The position numbers were made by a program, and so were the translations under genes. From Alphaproteobacteria bacterium (lineage in GTDB: Bacteria > Pseudomonadota > Alphaproteobacteria > Thalassobaculales > Thalassobaculaceae), in assembly GCA_016780745.1 (NCBI GenBank), contig JADHLJ010000001.1, forward strand, positions 1 to 34,536: DNA of 34,536 nt, read 5' to 3'. Numbering within the stretch: the first letter of the stretch is position 1; each line of letters starts with the position of its first letter. Positions 1 through 12,546 of this stretch are shown here, piece by piece. Under the pieces are notes generated by a model. The model did not search any database, was not told the DNA's origin, and was given only the letters and a program-made list of their open reading frames with translations.

Positions 1-158
1 GCCCGATGGCGATCGGCGGCAAGGTCGAGATTCGCCCGATGATGTATTTGGCGCTATCCTACGACCACCGCATCGTCGACGGTCGCGAGGCGGTGACCTT
101 CCTGGTTCGCGTGAAGGAAGCGATCGAGGACCCGAGACGCCTGCTGATTGATATGTGA
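1..158 (+). CDS. sucB: Dihydrolipoamide succinyltransferase (E2 of 2-oxoglutarate dehydrogenase), 3' end only
   Basis: An open frame enters from the left edge and translates ...[39 protein letters not shown]. This contains the catalytic DHRxxDG motif and the typical C-terminal tail of 2-oxoacid dehydrogenase acyltransferases. TGA at 156-158. lpdA follows 41 nt later, the usual sucAB-lpdA order. Confidence 0.85.
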   Translation, partial: PMAIGGKVEIRPMMYLALSYDHRIVDGREAVTFLVRVKEAIEDPRRLLIDM

Positions 159-199
159 GCCGCCTGGCGGGCCTTGAGAGCAAGACCGGAGACCATCTC

Positions 200-1606
200 A
201 TGAGTGACACCTACGATCTCGTTGTCATCGGCGCCGGGCCCGGGGGCTATGTGGCGGCGATCCGGGCGGCGCAGTTGGGGATGAAAGTGGCTTGCGTTGA
301 AAAACGTGGGACGCTTGGCGGGACCTGCCTGAATGTCGGCTGTATCCCATCCAAGGCGATGCTCTCGGCCTCCGAGAAATACGCCGAGGCGACCGGGCAT
401 CTGGCCGATATCGGGGTCGAGGTCGGCACGGTTTCGCTCAACCTCACAAAAATGCTCGCCAATAAGGACCAGGTCGTCGATGACCTGACCAAGGGCATCG
501 AGTTTCTGTTCAAGAAGAACAAGGTCGACTGGGTCCAGGGCGCGGCCTCGATCAAATCGGCGAGTGAGGTGGTGGTCAGCCCCGACAAGGGCAAGGCCAC
601 GACGCTCAAGACCGAGCGGGTGCTGATCGCCACGGGGTCGGAATCGACACCGCTCCCAGGCGTCGAGGTGGACGAGAAACGTATCGTGACCTCCACCGGC
701 GCGCTCAGTCTCGCCAAGGTGCCGAAACACCTGGTGGTTGTTGGCGGCGGTTATATCGGGCTTGAGATGGGCTCGGTCTGGGCCCGGCTCGGGGCGCAAG
801 TGACGGTGGTGGAGTTCCTAGACCGGATCGTGCCGACCATGGACCGCGAGATCGGTAAGCGCTTCATGGCGGTGCTACGCAAGCAGGGCATGACCTTCAA
901 GCTATCGACCAAGGTGACCGGCGCTAAGACCGGACGATCCGGCGTCAAGCTGGCGGTCGAGTCGGTGAAATCCGGCGAGGCCGAAACCCTGGACGCGGAT
1001 GTGGTTCTCGTCTCCATCGGACGCCGCCCGGTGACCGCCGGTCTGGGCCTCGACAAGCTCGGCGTCGCCATGGACCAGCGCGGCTTCATCACGGTCGACG
1101 CGGATTTCGAGACCAATGTTCCCGGCATTTTCGCCATTGGCGACTGCGTCCCCGGACCGATGCTGGCCCACAAGGCCGAGGAGGACGGGGTCGCGGCGGT
1201 GGAGATCATGGCCGGCCAATCGGGCCATGTGGATTACGGCCTGGTCCCCGGCATCGTCTACACCCATCCCGAGGTCGCCTCGATCGGCAAGACCGAGGAA
1301 GATCTGAAGGAGGCCGGCGTCAAATACCGCAAGGGCGCCTTCCCCTTCACCGCCAATAGCCGGGCCCGCACCACGGGCGAGTCCGACGGCACGGTGAAGA
1401 TCCTCGCGGACGCGGAAACCGACCAGGTGCTCGGCGTGCACATCATGGGGCCAGAGGCGGGTAACCTGATCCACGAATGCGCCACCGCCATGGCCTTCGG
1501 CGCCACCGCCGAGGACATCGCCCGCACCTGCCACGGCCACCCGACCTATAACGAAGCGGTCAAGGAAGCGGCGCTAGCGGTGGATGGACGGCCGATCCAT
1601 ATTTGA
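200..1606 (+). CDS. lpdA: Dihydrolipoyl dehydrogenase (E3)
   Basis: The track ORF is 155..1606; the likely true start is the ATG at 200 (MSDTYDLVVIGAGPGGYVAA, FAD dinucleotide fold). It has the redox-active disulfide motif GGTCLNVGCIPSK and the C-terminal HGHPT interface/active-site His. Full length for the family. Confidence 0.95.
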   Translation: MSDTYDLVVIGAGPGGYVAAIRAAQLGMKVACVEKRGTLGGTCLNVGCIPSKAMLSASEKYAEATGHLADIGVEVGTVSLNLTKMLANKDQVVDDLTKGIEFLFKKNKVDWVQGAASIKSASEVVVSPDKGKATTLKTERVLIATGSESTPLPGVEVDEKRIVTSTGALSLAKVPKHLVVVGGGYIGLEMGSVWARLGAQVTVVEFLDRIVPTMDREIGKRFMAVLRKQGMTFKLSTKVTGAKTGRSGVKLAVESVKSGEAETLDADVVLVSIGRRPVTAGLGLDKLGVAMDQRGFITVDADFETNVPGIFAIGDCVPGPMLAHKAEEDGVAAVEIMAGQSGHVDYGLVPGIVYTHPEVASIGKTEEDLKEAGVKYRKGAFPFTANSRARTTGESDGTVKILADAETDQVLGVHIMGPEAGNLIHECATAMAFGATAEDIARTCHGHPTYNEAVKEAALAVDGRPIHI

Positions 1607-1648
1607 GGGGGCGGCCGAACCTATTCACGATCCGCGCGCGTCACTTCC

Positions 1649-1679
1649 GCCGTCGCCCTGATTTTCATCAGGTGACGGC
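1649..1679. terminator. Imperfect hairpin between the convergent lpdA and orphan ORF; candidate bidirectional terminator or structured element
   Basis: gccgtcgccctgat-tttc-atcaggtgacggc forms about 13 pairs including one G-T wobble and one bulged C, with a 4-nt loop. No U-tract follows on either strand, so terminator function is uncertain. Confidence 0.3.
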
Positions 1680-1699
1680 AGTGGCGAGCATAGAGAAAT

Positions 1700-2920
1700 C
1701 GACCGACTAAAAGATTGCGGAACATCGGCGAAACCGTATTGGTCCGCCAAGCAACCAATGTTCATCATAGGTTGATGCTTTCTGGGCTCGCATTTGGCGT
1801 GACCCCATCAAATCTCGAGAAGAAGGCTAACAACCATTCAAAGATTTTCTGGTTGCGTGTTCTTGGAATTGGCCCTTCATAGTCGAAGGATTGAATGAGA
1901 GTCCATGCGCGCTGGTAGTAGTCCTTCCAAGCCGGGACTTCGTTTTCAAAAATACTGAAACGGATAAGCCTTCCATCTGGAAGATCGGCGCGAATATGGC
2001 AATTTTTGTGTGTCTTGGGATTTCGTGTGTGGCTACAAGAGATCACGACGGTTCCATTTGGGTCCTGTGTCTTCGGTAAAAACAGATAACCTCGAAATCG
2101 GGATTGGCGTGGCGTTAGGTTATCAAACCGTCGAAATTCATTAACGGATTTAGTCTCCTGAGTGTGTCTCAATGAATATTTTAAAAATCGATTGGCAACG
2201 ACAAAATCATTGTCATGTCCCTGTATCAGGAACGTTATTCTGTTTTTCCACGATCTAGGAGAATCGATTTCACCGGACATCGAATCAATATCAAATCTCA
2301 GCGTTGTTGACGGTCTTGAGGATTTGATCCCATGTACGAGATTTGTCGTGTACCGCTGGGGTAGTTTGTAAAGGCGCAGTCCGGTTCCGTTCTTGACTCG
2401 AAGATAAAGAAATTCGCCGACTTCGACTCCCGCTCGAGGATGCGCGGGATGATGGATGGTCGTGCCAACGAGCGTCGCGCTTATGATTAGAAGGCTTGCC
2501 ATGATTTGACACGATTGAACAATTGACAGGCGCACCCTCCGCGGATTTAGGAACGATAGAACAATGACGATGCATATTAAGGCGACTGGCTGCGCGAGGA
2601 AATTGAGGCTGACCGGAATCACGAGCACGTAAGCCAGTCGCGGTGAATGATTAAGTGCCTGAAAGCGTGCGGCAGTCAATCCGGGAATCGCTATAATTCC
2701 TAAAATTGGAGTAAGATAGAAAGGCATTGGATCGGAAATGATCTCACGCCAATATGATAGGCGGATTGGATATGATAACGATAATATAATAATGGAAGTC
2801 CAAAAAATATAAGAACTGAAATATATGCTTAATTTGTATCTATAAACTAATTCAACGATACATATTTGTAGGATAATAATGACGGCTAACACTTTAAATG
2901 TAAAATCAGCGCCCACAACG
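1700..2920. other. AT-rich genomic islet (compositionally foreign segment) between lpdA and xerC
   Basis: Hand count gives 29 G+C in the 120 nt of 2761-2880, against 36 G+C in the 60 nt of 2941-3000 just inside xerC. The right edge is abrupt at the xerC stop (2921-2923). The left edge is gradual, around 1,650-1,800. Confidence 0.65.
1765..2916 (-). CDS. Orphan membrane protein: N-terminal ~155 aa with about 5-6 hydrophobic helices plus ~225 aa soluble C-terminal domain of unknown function
   Basis: A 383-codon ORF fills the AT-rich islet. The start is GTG at 2916 or GTG at 2892; there is no in-frame ATG until codon 64. Hydrophobic stretches include VLAVIIILQICIVELVY, IYFSSYIFWTSIIILSLSY, ILGIIAIPGLTAA, AYVLVIPVSLNFLAQPVALICIVIVLSFL and IMASLLIISATLVGTTI. 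I recognise no family motif in the C-terminal half. Confidence 0.6.
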   Translation of the reverse strand: MGADFTFKVLAVIIILQICIVELVYRYKLSIYFSSYIFWTSIIILSLSYPIRLSYWREIISDPMPFYLTPILGIIAIPGLTAARFQALNHSPRLAYVLVIPVSLNFLAQPVALICIVIVLSFLNPRRVRLSIVQSCQIMASLLIISATLVGTTIHHPAHPRAGVEVGEFLYLRVKNGTGLRLYKLPQRYTTNLVHGIKSSRPSTTLRFDIDSMSGEIDSPRSWKNRITFLIQGHDNDFVVANRFLKYSLRHTQETKSVNEFRRFDNLTPRQSRFRGYLFLPKTQDPNGTVVISCSHTRNPKTHKNCHIRADLPDGRLIRFSIFENEVPAWKDYYQRAWTLIQSFDYEGPIPRTRNQKIFEWLLAFFSRFDGVTPNASPESINL

Positions 2921-3877
2921 CTACCGCCGATCCCGGGGATGCGCGCTCCGATATACGGCGAGCAGTTGTTCGGTATCCACCTTGGTATAGCGCTGGGTGG
3001 TCGACAACGACGCGTGCCCTAGCAACTCCTGGATCGCGCGCAGATCGCCGCCGCCGGATAGCAGATGCGTGGCGAAGGAATGTCTGAGCGCGTGCGGCGT
3101 TGCGCTATCGGGTAGGCCCAGCGCACCCCGGATCAGACGCATCGCGCGCTGTAGTACCGCCGGCTGGAGCCGCTTGCCGCGCGCGCCGAGGAAGAGCGGG
3201 GTATCCGGCTCGCCCGCATAGGGGCATAGCGCCAGGTAATCCGCGACCGCCTTGCGCACGATCGGCAGGACCGGGACCATGCGCTCCTTGCCGCCCTTGC
3301 CGAGAATGGTCATCGCGTCCGAGGCCGGCGCGTCGCGGCGATTGAGCGCAAGGGCCTCGCCGATTCTGAGGCCGCATCCGTAGAGCAAACAGAGGATCGC
3401 CGCGTCTCGGGCCGCGATCCACGGCTCCTCGGCGATCACCTCGGCCATGTCGAGGGCGCGGGAGGCATCCTCGACGCCGATCGCCTTGGGCAGCGACTGC
3501 GGCAGCTTTGGGGTGCGGACCATGTGAATCGCCGGGTTGGCGACACCGTGCCGGCGCTCGAGATAGCGAAAGAAGGTGCGGATCGTCGACAGCGCTCGCG
3601 CCGTCGAGGTCGCCGAGAGGCCACTGGTTCGCCGCCGTGCGAGATAGGCCCGGAAATCCATTGTCTTCAGATCGGCGAGGTCTGTAAGCCCGGCGGGCGC
3701 TCCCAGATGATCGGCGAGGAAGCCGAGGAACGCCCGGAGGTCGCGGTCATAGGCTGATTGCGTGTGCTCGGCCATGCGCCGCTCGCCGGCGAGCCAGTCG
3801 CGCCAACCATCGACCGCCCGCGCGAGATCGGCGGCGGCACTGGGGGGAGGTGGGGTCAGCCCGGCAGGTTCAGCCAT
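2921..3877 (-). CDS. xerC: Tyrosine site-specific recombinase XerC
   Basis: 318 aa. The N-terminal core-binding region has AEHTQSAYDRDLRAFLGFL. The C-terminal catalytic residues are present (GLRIGEAL Arg, HALRHSFATHLL, LGHASLSTTQRYT with the nucleophilic Tyr). It lies directly downstream of a DUF484 gene, as in the E. coli yigA-xerC arrangement. Confidence 0.85.
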   Translation of the reverse strand: MAEPAGLTPPPPSAAADLARAVDGWRDWLAGERRMAEHTQSAYDRDLRAFLGFLADHLGAPAGLTDLADLKTMDFRAYLARRRTSGLSATSTARALSTIRTFFRYLERRHGVANPAIHMVRTPKLPQSLPKAIGVEDASRALDMAEVIAEEPWIAARDAAILCLLYGCGLRIGEALALNRRDAPASDAMTILGKGGKERMVPVLPIVRKAVADYLALCPYAGEPDTPLFLGARGKRLQPAVLQRAMRLIRGALGLPDSATPHALRHSFATHLLSGGGDLRAIQELLGHASLSTTQRYTKVDTEQLLAVYRSAHPRDRR

Positions 3878-4602
3878 TGCCGTATGGTGGTTTCCAACGC
3901 CTTGGCGAGGAAGCCGATCAATTCGGTTCCCTGGCCCTGATGAAAGGTGTCGAGTTCCCGGCTGCCAATCGCCAGCAAGGCCTTGGGCGCTTGCGGACCA
4001 AGATCCAGACGCACCAGGGCCTGGCTTCGCACCAGTCCGGAGGCCGCGTCGAAGATCTTCTTGTCCGCCGTTATGTCGGAGGCGAGCGCGATCTGACGCC
4101 CCGCCCCGAGAACCCGTTCGATCGCGTCCTCTGGAATGGAACGCAGACCGGACGCATAGGCCCGCGGGATCCGCGTATCGCCGACCTCAAGGCAGATCGT
4201 CACCGCGTCGACGTCCAGGACCAGCGGAAGATCGGCGGTCACCGTATGGATGAGCTTCTCGAAGCTGCGCGCCGCGAGAATCTGCAGCACCGCCTCGTGG
4301 ACCTGCAATTGGGCGGAGCGGTTGTCGCGGGCGGTGCCGACGATCGCCGCATGGGCGTCGCGTAGCCGGGTGTTCTCCTCGCGCAGGCGGTTCAGCACCA
4401 GGTGCTGCATATCGACGACATTGCCGTCGAAACGGGCGGACTGGCTGAGCGACTCAAGCAAGGCCGGGTTGTCGGTCAGCAAGTCTGGGTTGCGCCGGAG
4501 GTAGTCGAGGACCGCGTCCTCGGTCAACGCCTTGGAAGGGACGTCATTCGCCGCGGCCGCTCCTCGACGGCCCGGCTTGGTGACGGGTCCCTTCTTGGTC
4601 AC
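3856..4602 (-). CDS. DUF484 (YigA-like, GAF-like) protein
   Basis: The track ORF is 3856..4650. The sequence [27 protein letters not shown]... is the typical DUF484 N-terminus. The probable start is GTG at 4602-4600, which overlaps the tal TGA stop (GTGA). Its 3' end overlaps the xerC start by 22 nt. Confidence 0.8.
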   Translation of the reverse strand: MTKKGPVTKPGRRGAAAANDVPSKALTEDAVLDYLRRNPDLLTDNPALLESLSQSARFDGNVVDMQHLVLNRLREENTRLRDAHAAIVGTARDNRSAQLQVHEAVLQILAARSFEKLIHTVTADLPLVLDVDAVTICLEVGDTRIPRAYASGLRSIPEDAIERVLGAGRQIALASDITADKKIFDAASGLVRSQALVRLDLGPQAPKALLAIGSRELDTFHQGQGTELIGFLAKALETTIRQWLNLPG

Positions 4603-5273
4603 GCCGCGCCGCCTTTCGAATCCAGGATCGACTGGCCGGTCGCGGCCCAATCATCCAGGAAGGCTTGCAGGCCCTTGTCCGTTAACGGGTGATTATACAT
4701 CGCGCGAATCACCGCCGGCGGCAGGGTCGCGACATCGGCACCGATCTTAGCCGCCTCAAGCACGTGTTGCGGGCCGCGCACCGAGGCGACCAGCACCTCG
4801 GTCGGGAAATCGTAATTGCCGTAAATCTGGACGATGTCGGCGATCAGATCCATGCCGACTCCGCCGATATCGTCGAGCCGTCCGACGAAGGGCGAGATGA
4901 AGGTCGCGCCGGCCTTGGCCGCTAGCAAGGCCTGGGTGGCCGAAAAACAGAGCGTGACGTTCACGCCCGTGCCCTCGTCCGACAGGGTCTTGCAAGTCTT
5001 CAGCCCATCGACGGTCAGCGGCACCTTGACGGTGACATTGTCGGCGATCTTGGCCAGCCTGCGGCCCTCGGCGATCATGGTCTCGAAATCGGTGGCCGCG
5101 ACCTCGGCGCTCACCGGTCCGTCGACCAGATCACAGATCTCGGCGATGACATCGATGATGTTGCGCCCGGATTTGGCTATCAGCGAGGGGTTCGTGGTGA
5201 CCCCGTCGACTAGGCCGGTGGAGGCCATGTCCTTGATCTCGGCGACGTCGGCGGTATCGATGAAGAACTTCAT
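4599..5273 (-). CDS. tal: Transaldolase type 3B / fructose-6-phosphate aldolase family
   Basis: From the ATG at 5273 it reads [15 protein letters not shown]...GVTTNPSLI...KVP (Schiff-base Lys region)...[10 protein letters not shown], the hallmark of short Tal/Fsa proteins. The upstream 8 codons of the track ORF are probably not translated. Confidence 0.9.
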   Translation of the reverse strand: MKFFIDTADVAEIKDMASTGLVDGVTTNPSLIAKSGRNIIDVIAEICDLVDGPVSAEVAATDFETMIAEGRRLAKIADNVTVKVPLTVDGLKTCKTLSDEGTGVNVTLCFSATQALLAAKAGATFISPFVGRLDDIGGVGMDLIADIVQIYGNYDFPTEVLVASVRGPQHVLEAAKIGADVATLPPAVIRAMYNHPLTDKGLQAFLDDWAATGQSILDSKGGAA

Positions 5274-5477
5274 GAGGGGTCCCGTTCGCTTGCCCATAAT
5301 TTCGCGCGAGCGCGGCGCGCGCCCGAATCATCAACGAGTCTAACCCAGGCTCCCGAGACTGGCTAGGTCGGGTCCCGCCGGTTTGTTGGATTTCCGAAAG
5401 CCCGGTTGCGGGCAACCCGGCGGCGACACACACTTGGGCGCGCGCTTGGAAAATCATGATGGATCTGGTCACGCGAA

Positions 5478-7694
5478 ATGGATGGTGACGACACGGCGCT
5501 GGTGGATGGGGGGCTATTCGGCCCGGCGCGCCGCGTTGGCGTGTTGCTGCCGCTGCCATTGGCTGGCGCCTACGACTATATCGACGAGGGATTGGACCTG
5601 GAGCCGGGTGACGTGGTGGAGGTGCCGCTTTCCGGGCGGCGGGTCACCGGCTTGGTTATCGGCGAGGGCGAGGGGAGCGTCGATGAGGCCAAGCTGCGCG
5701 CGGTGTTCCGCCGGTTGGAGGTGCCGCGCCTGCCGGCGGTTGTCGTGGATTTCGTGCAATGGGTGGCGGCCTATACGATCACCCCGCCGGGCTCGGTCCT
5801 GCGCATGGCGCTCAGCGTGCCGGCGGCCTTGCGCCCACCGGAGCCGATCATCGCCTATGCCCGCGCCGCCTCGCCAATCCCCGACGGCTTTCGCCTGACC
5901 CCGGCGCGCGAGCGGGTGTTGGCATTGCTGGAGGACGGGCCACCGCGCACGGCCTCGGATATTACCGGCGAGCTCGGGGTCACCGCTTCCGTGATCAAGG
6001 GATTGGCGAAGGCCGGGGTTCTGGCCACGGTGTCGCTGCCCGCCGACCCGCCGATACCGGTTCCCGATCCCGATACACCGCGCATGATGGCTCTGGACAG
6101 CGAGCAAAAAGCGGCCGCGGACGCGCTGGTGAAGAAGGTCCGTGATAAGGCCTTCTCGGTCACCGTCATCGACGGCGTCACCGGGGCCGGCAAAACCGAA
6201 GTGTATTTCGAAGCCGCCGCCGAGACCCTGAGACAGGGGCGACAGGTTTTGATCCTGGTGCCGGAGATCGCGCTGTCGGCGCCGTTCCTCGCCCGATTCG
6301 AGGCCCGTTTCGGCGTCCGACCGGCGGAATGGCATTCGGATCTCGCCCCACCCCGGCGCCGTCGGACCTGGCGCGCGATCGTCGAGGGCCGGGTCCAGGT
6401 CCTGATCGGCGCGCGTTCGGCTCTGTTCCTGCCTTTTCCTGATCTCGGTCTGATCATTGTCGACGAGGAGCACGAGGCGGCCTTCAAGCAGGATGACGGC
6501 GTGGCGTATCAGGGTCGCGACATGGCCGTGGTCCGGGCCAATCTCGGCGATATCCCCGCGATTCTGGTTTCGGCGACACCGTCGCTCGAGACCGTGACCA
6601 ATATCTCGCGCGGCCGCTATGGCGTGGTCTCGCTCCTGGCGCGGCATGGCGGGGCTTCCCTGCCAACCGTGGTGCCGATCGACATGCGCCGCGATGGCCC
6701 GGAACGAGGCCGCTGGATCGCGCCGGAGCTGGTCAAGGCGATGATGGCGTCATTGAGCCGGGGCGAGCAGGCGATGCTGTTCCTCAACCGCCGCGGTTAC
6801 GCTCCCTTGACCTTGTGTCGGGCCTGCGGACACAGGTTGGAATGTCCGAATTGCAGCGCCTGGCTAGTCGAGCACCGGCTGACTCAACGCTTGCAATGCC
6901 ACCATTGCGGCTATCTCTCGGGCCGCCCGTCGGAATGCCGGGAATGTGCCGCGGTCGACAGCTTTGTTCCAAGCGGCCCGGGCGTGGAGCGGTTGGCCGA
7001 GGAAGTCTACAACCGATTCCCGGATGCCAGGGTCCAGATCGCCTCCAGCGACACCTTGGCCGGGCCAAGCGCGGCGGCGGAGTTCTCGCGCGCGGTGCGG
7101 GCCGGCGAGATCGACATCATTATTGGCACCCAAGTGGTCGCCAAGGGTCATCACTTTCCCTTGCTGACCACGGTTGGCGTGGTCGACGCGGATCTGGGCT
7201 TGGCCGGCGGCGACTTGCGGGCGGCGGAGCGGACCTATCAATTGCTGCATCAGGTTGCCGGGCGGGCCGGGCGCGAGGATAAGAAGGGAACCGTTTATCT
7301 GCAAACCCATCAGCCCGAAAACCCGGTGATGCGGGCCCTGGTCGAGTGGGATCGGGACGGGTTTCTCGCCGAGGAGGCGCGGGCTCGCGAGGCGGCGGAG
7401 ATGCCACCTTTTGGTCGTCTCGTGGCATTGGTGGTCAGTGCTCGCGACGCCGCGCCCGCCGACGCGGCGGCGCGGCTCCTGGCCCGCGCGGCGCCGCGAT
7501 TCTCCGATGTTCAGGTCCTTGGCCCGGCCCCGGCGCCGCTTTCGCTGCTCCGGGGGCGGCATCGCCGGCGTTTGCTCTTAAAGGCCGGACGTTCGGTGAA
7601 TGTGCAGAAAGTTGTCCGTGATTGGCTCAAGGGATTGAAGTTGCCATCGGCGGCCCGGGTGAGCATCGATGTCGACCCCTACGGCTTCATGTAG
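5478..7694 (+). CDS. priA: Primosomal replication-restart helicase PriA (protein N')
   Basis: 738 aa. It has Walker A GVTGAGKTEVY, the DEAH-like box IIVDEEHE, and the Cys-rich zinc-binding insertion CRACGHRLECPNCSAWLVEH...LQCHHCGY...CRECA. Confidence 0.95.
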   Translation: MDGDDTALVDGGLFGPARRVGVLLPLPLAGAYDYIDEGLDLEPGDVVEVPLSGRRVTGLVIGEGEGSVDEAKLRAVFRRLEVPRLPAVVVDFVQWVAAYTITPPGSVLRMALSVPAALRPPEPIIAYARAASPIPDGFRLTPARERVLALLEDGPPRTASDITGELGVTASVIKGLAKAGVLATVSLPADPPIPVPDPDTPRMMALDSEQKAAADALVKKVRDKAFSVTVIDGVTGAGKTEVYFEAAAETLRQGRQVLILVPEIALSAPFLARFEARFGVRPAEWHSDLAPPRRRRTWRAIVEGRVQVLIGARSALFLPFPDLGLIIVDEEHEAAFKQDDGVAYQGRDMAVVRANLGDIPAILVSATPSLETVTNISRGRYGVVSLLARHGGASLPTVVPIDMRRDGPERGRWIAPELVKAMMASLSRGEQAMLFLNRRGYAPLTLCRACGHRLECPNCSAWLVEHRLTQRLQCHHCGYLSGRPSECRECAAVDSFVPSGPGVERLAEEVYNRFPDARVQIASSDTLAGPSAAAEFSRAVRAGEIDIIIGTQVVAKGHHFPLLTTVGVVDADLGLAGGDLRAAERTYQLLHQVAGRAGREDKKGTVYLQTHQPENPVMRALVEWDRDGFLAEEARAREAAEMPPFGRLVALVVSARDAAPADAAARLLARAAPRFSDVQVLGPAPAPLSLLRGRHRRRLLLKAGRSVNVQKVVRDWLKGLKLPSAARVSIDVDPYGFM

Positions 7695-8016
7695 CGGTCG
7701 GTTCGAACCGATTCCGCGTCAAATGAACGCGTCTTTCGCGCGCTTGTCGTTTTTCAAGTGACGAGCCGACCCACAGGTCTGGGCCGTCGGTCTTAAAGCC
7801 CTGGGAAAACCGTAAGATCCGACGCGCCGGGATATCCGGTCGGGCTATCGCAAATTACCCTCTCCCGACCGCTTGCACCCCCCTAATGTCTATGCTAGGA
7901 AACCGCCGCGTCCGGGCGGGGAGGGTTCGGCGTGTCGCGTTACCGTTTCCCTCGGCGTTGAAGGGTGGCTCGGAGCGCGGGATGGTACCTCTAAAATCGA
8001 CAAGGGGCGGTCCCTG

Positions 8017-8567
8017 GTGGCTTCCAATTCGCAAGGTCTGGCGGCACGTTACGCATCGGCTCTATATGAGTTGGCCGAGGGTGAGCGCGCGCTGGATGAT
8101 GTTGCCGCGGATCTGACGCGCGTGCGTCAGCTGATCGCGGAGAGTTCCGATCTCGAACGGCTTGTCCGCTCGCCGGCCATGGGCCGCGACGATCAGGCCA
8201 AGGGGATGGCGGCGGTTCTGGAAAAGGGCGGCGCGCATGCGTTGACCCAGAAATTCATCGGCGCCGTGTCGATGAACCGTCGATTGTTCGCGATCGAGGA
8301 TATGACCAAGGCTTTCCTGGAAGAGCTGGCCCGCCGTCGCGGCGAGGTCGCCGCCGAGGTGACGTCCGCGGTCGAACTGACCCAGGAACAAATCGACGCC
8401 GTCCACACGGCGTTGCGCGAGGCGGTCGGCCAAAAGGTCGCCGTGAACCTCGCGGTTGACCCCTCCTTGATCGGTGGTCTGGTCGTGCGCGTTGGATCGC
8501 GCATGGTCGACAGTTCGATCAAAACCAAGCTGCAACGGCTACAATTTGCCATGAAGGGTGTAGGCTG

Positions 8568-8568
<1 letters not shown>
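8017..8568 (+). CDS. atpH: F1 ATP synthase subunit delta (OSCP)
   Basis: The track ORF is 7873..8568. The likely start is GTG at 8017, preceded by aaggggcgg (SD-like). The N-terminus [20 protein letters not shown] is typical of delta/OSCP. The stop TGA at 8566-8568 shares its A with the atpA ATG. Confidence 0.9.
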
Positions 8569-10103
<1,535 letters not shown>

Positions 10104-10140
10104 GCGCGGCCTGTAGCGCCGATTTCGGCGAGGAGACGGC

Positions 10141-11022
10141 ATGCCAAGCCTCAAGGACCTAAAAATCCGGATCAACAGCGTCAAGTCGACGCAGAAGATC
10201 ACGTCGGCCATGAAGATGGTCGCGGCCGCCAAGTTGCGTCGCGCCCAGGAACAGGCCGAGGCCGCGCGCCCCTATTCGGCGCGGATGGACCGGATGATCG
10301 CTTCACTCGCCGGCAAGTCGACCGGCGTTGGTGGACCAAAGCTCTTGGCCGGCACTGGAAGCGACGCAACGCATCTTCTGGTGGTCATGACCGCCGACCG
10401 CGGCTTGTGCGGTGGCTTCAACACCTCGATCGTGCGCGCCGCGCGCAATCGGATCCGGGCATTGCAGGGAGAAGGCAAGACCGCCAAGCTTCTCTGTGTC
10501 GGCAAGAAGGGCAAGGACCAACTTCGCCGTGACTATGCTTCCTTGATCGAAGACACGATCGAGGGCGTGGCGCGTAAGAATGTTGAATTCGCCTCGGCCG
10601 ACGAGATCGGTGGCCGGCTGATCCAGATGTATGAGAACGGCGAGTTCGATGTCTGCACCCTGATCTTCAATCGCTTCCAATCGGCGATGACTCAGATCGT
10701 CACGGAGCAGCAGGTGATTCCGGCCAGTGTTCCGGAAGTCGCCAATGACGACGACGCGGGTGCCGCCGGCCTTTATGAGTATGAGCCGGACGAGGAAGGC
10801 ATCCTGGCCGAGTTGCTGCCTCGCAATGTCGCGACGCAGGTTTTCTCCGCGTTGCTGGAGAACACCGCTAGCGAGCATGGCGCGCGGATGAGAGCGATGG
10901 ACAGCGCGACGCGCAACGCCGGCGAAATGATCGATAAGCTGACGCTGACCTATAACCGGACACGTCAGGCATTCATCACCAAGGAGCTGATTGAAATCAT
11001 CTCCGGTGCCGAGGCGCTTTAG
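10141..11022 (+). CDS. atpG: F1 ATP synthase subunit gamma
   Basis: 293 aa. The N-terminus is [36 protein letters not shown] and the C-terminus is [24 protein letters not shown] lies upstream. Confidence 0.97.
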   Translation: MPSLKDLKIRINSVKSTQKITSAMKMVAAAKLRRAQEQAEAARPYSARMDRMIASLAGKSTGVGGPKLLAGTGSDATHLLVVMTADRGLCGGFNTSIVRAARNRIRALQGEGKTAKLLCVGKKGKDQLRRDYASLIEDTIEGVARKNVEFASADEIGGRLIQMYENGEFDVCTLIFNRFQSAMTQIVTEQQVIPASVPEVANDDDAGAAGLYEYEPDEEGILAELLPRNVATQVFSALLENTASEHGARMRAMDSATRNAGEMIDKLTLTYNRTRQAFITKELIEIISGAEAL

Positions 11023-12519
<1,497 letters not shown>

Positions 12520-12546
12520 TAGCGCTGCAAGCCTGGAGCCGAAGCT

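Noticed and set aside
59-1540. Several minus-strand ORFs (59..799, 247..717, 751..1209, 902..1540) over lpdA
   Set aside because: They are antisense to lpdA, whose FAD/disulfide motifs fix the real frame.
2008-2025. RNPKTH string in the orphan membrane protein, matching the minimal HEPN RNase motif R-x4-H (RNxxxH)
   Set aside because: A six-residue pattern with a Pro in a region that does not look helical is easily a chance match. It is not enough to call a HEPN domain, though worth re-checking if structure prediction shows an all-alpha fold.
5514-6647. 377-aa ORF (and 5855..6487) antisense to priA
   Set aside because: These are shadow ORFs inside a well-supported priA frame, with Arg-rich nonsense-like composition.
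7873-8016. 48-codon upstream extension of atpH, and similar extensions at 13055-13150 (ydbH, TTG), 25242-25376 (GT8-like), 155-199 (lpdA) and 5274-5297 (tal)
   Set aside because: The extensions lack family similarity. Better internal starts with SD-like sequences give proteins of canonical length and N-termini.
7695-8016. Possible promoter/terminator signals between priA and atpH (palindrome cggttcgaaccg at 7698-7709, short hairpin cgcgt-N7-acgcg, TTGCAC near 7874)
   Set aside because: The stems are too short or their loops too small, no good -10 lies at proper spacing, and I cannot support a call from sequence alone.
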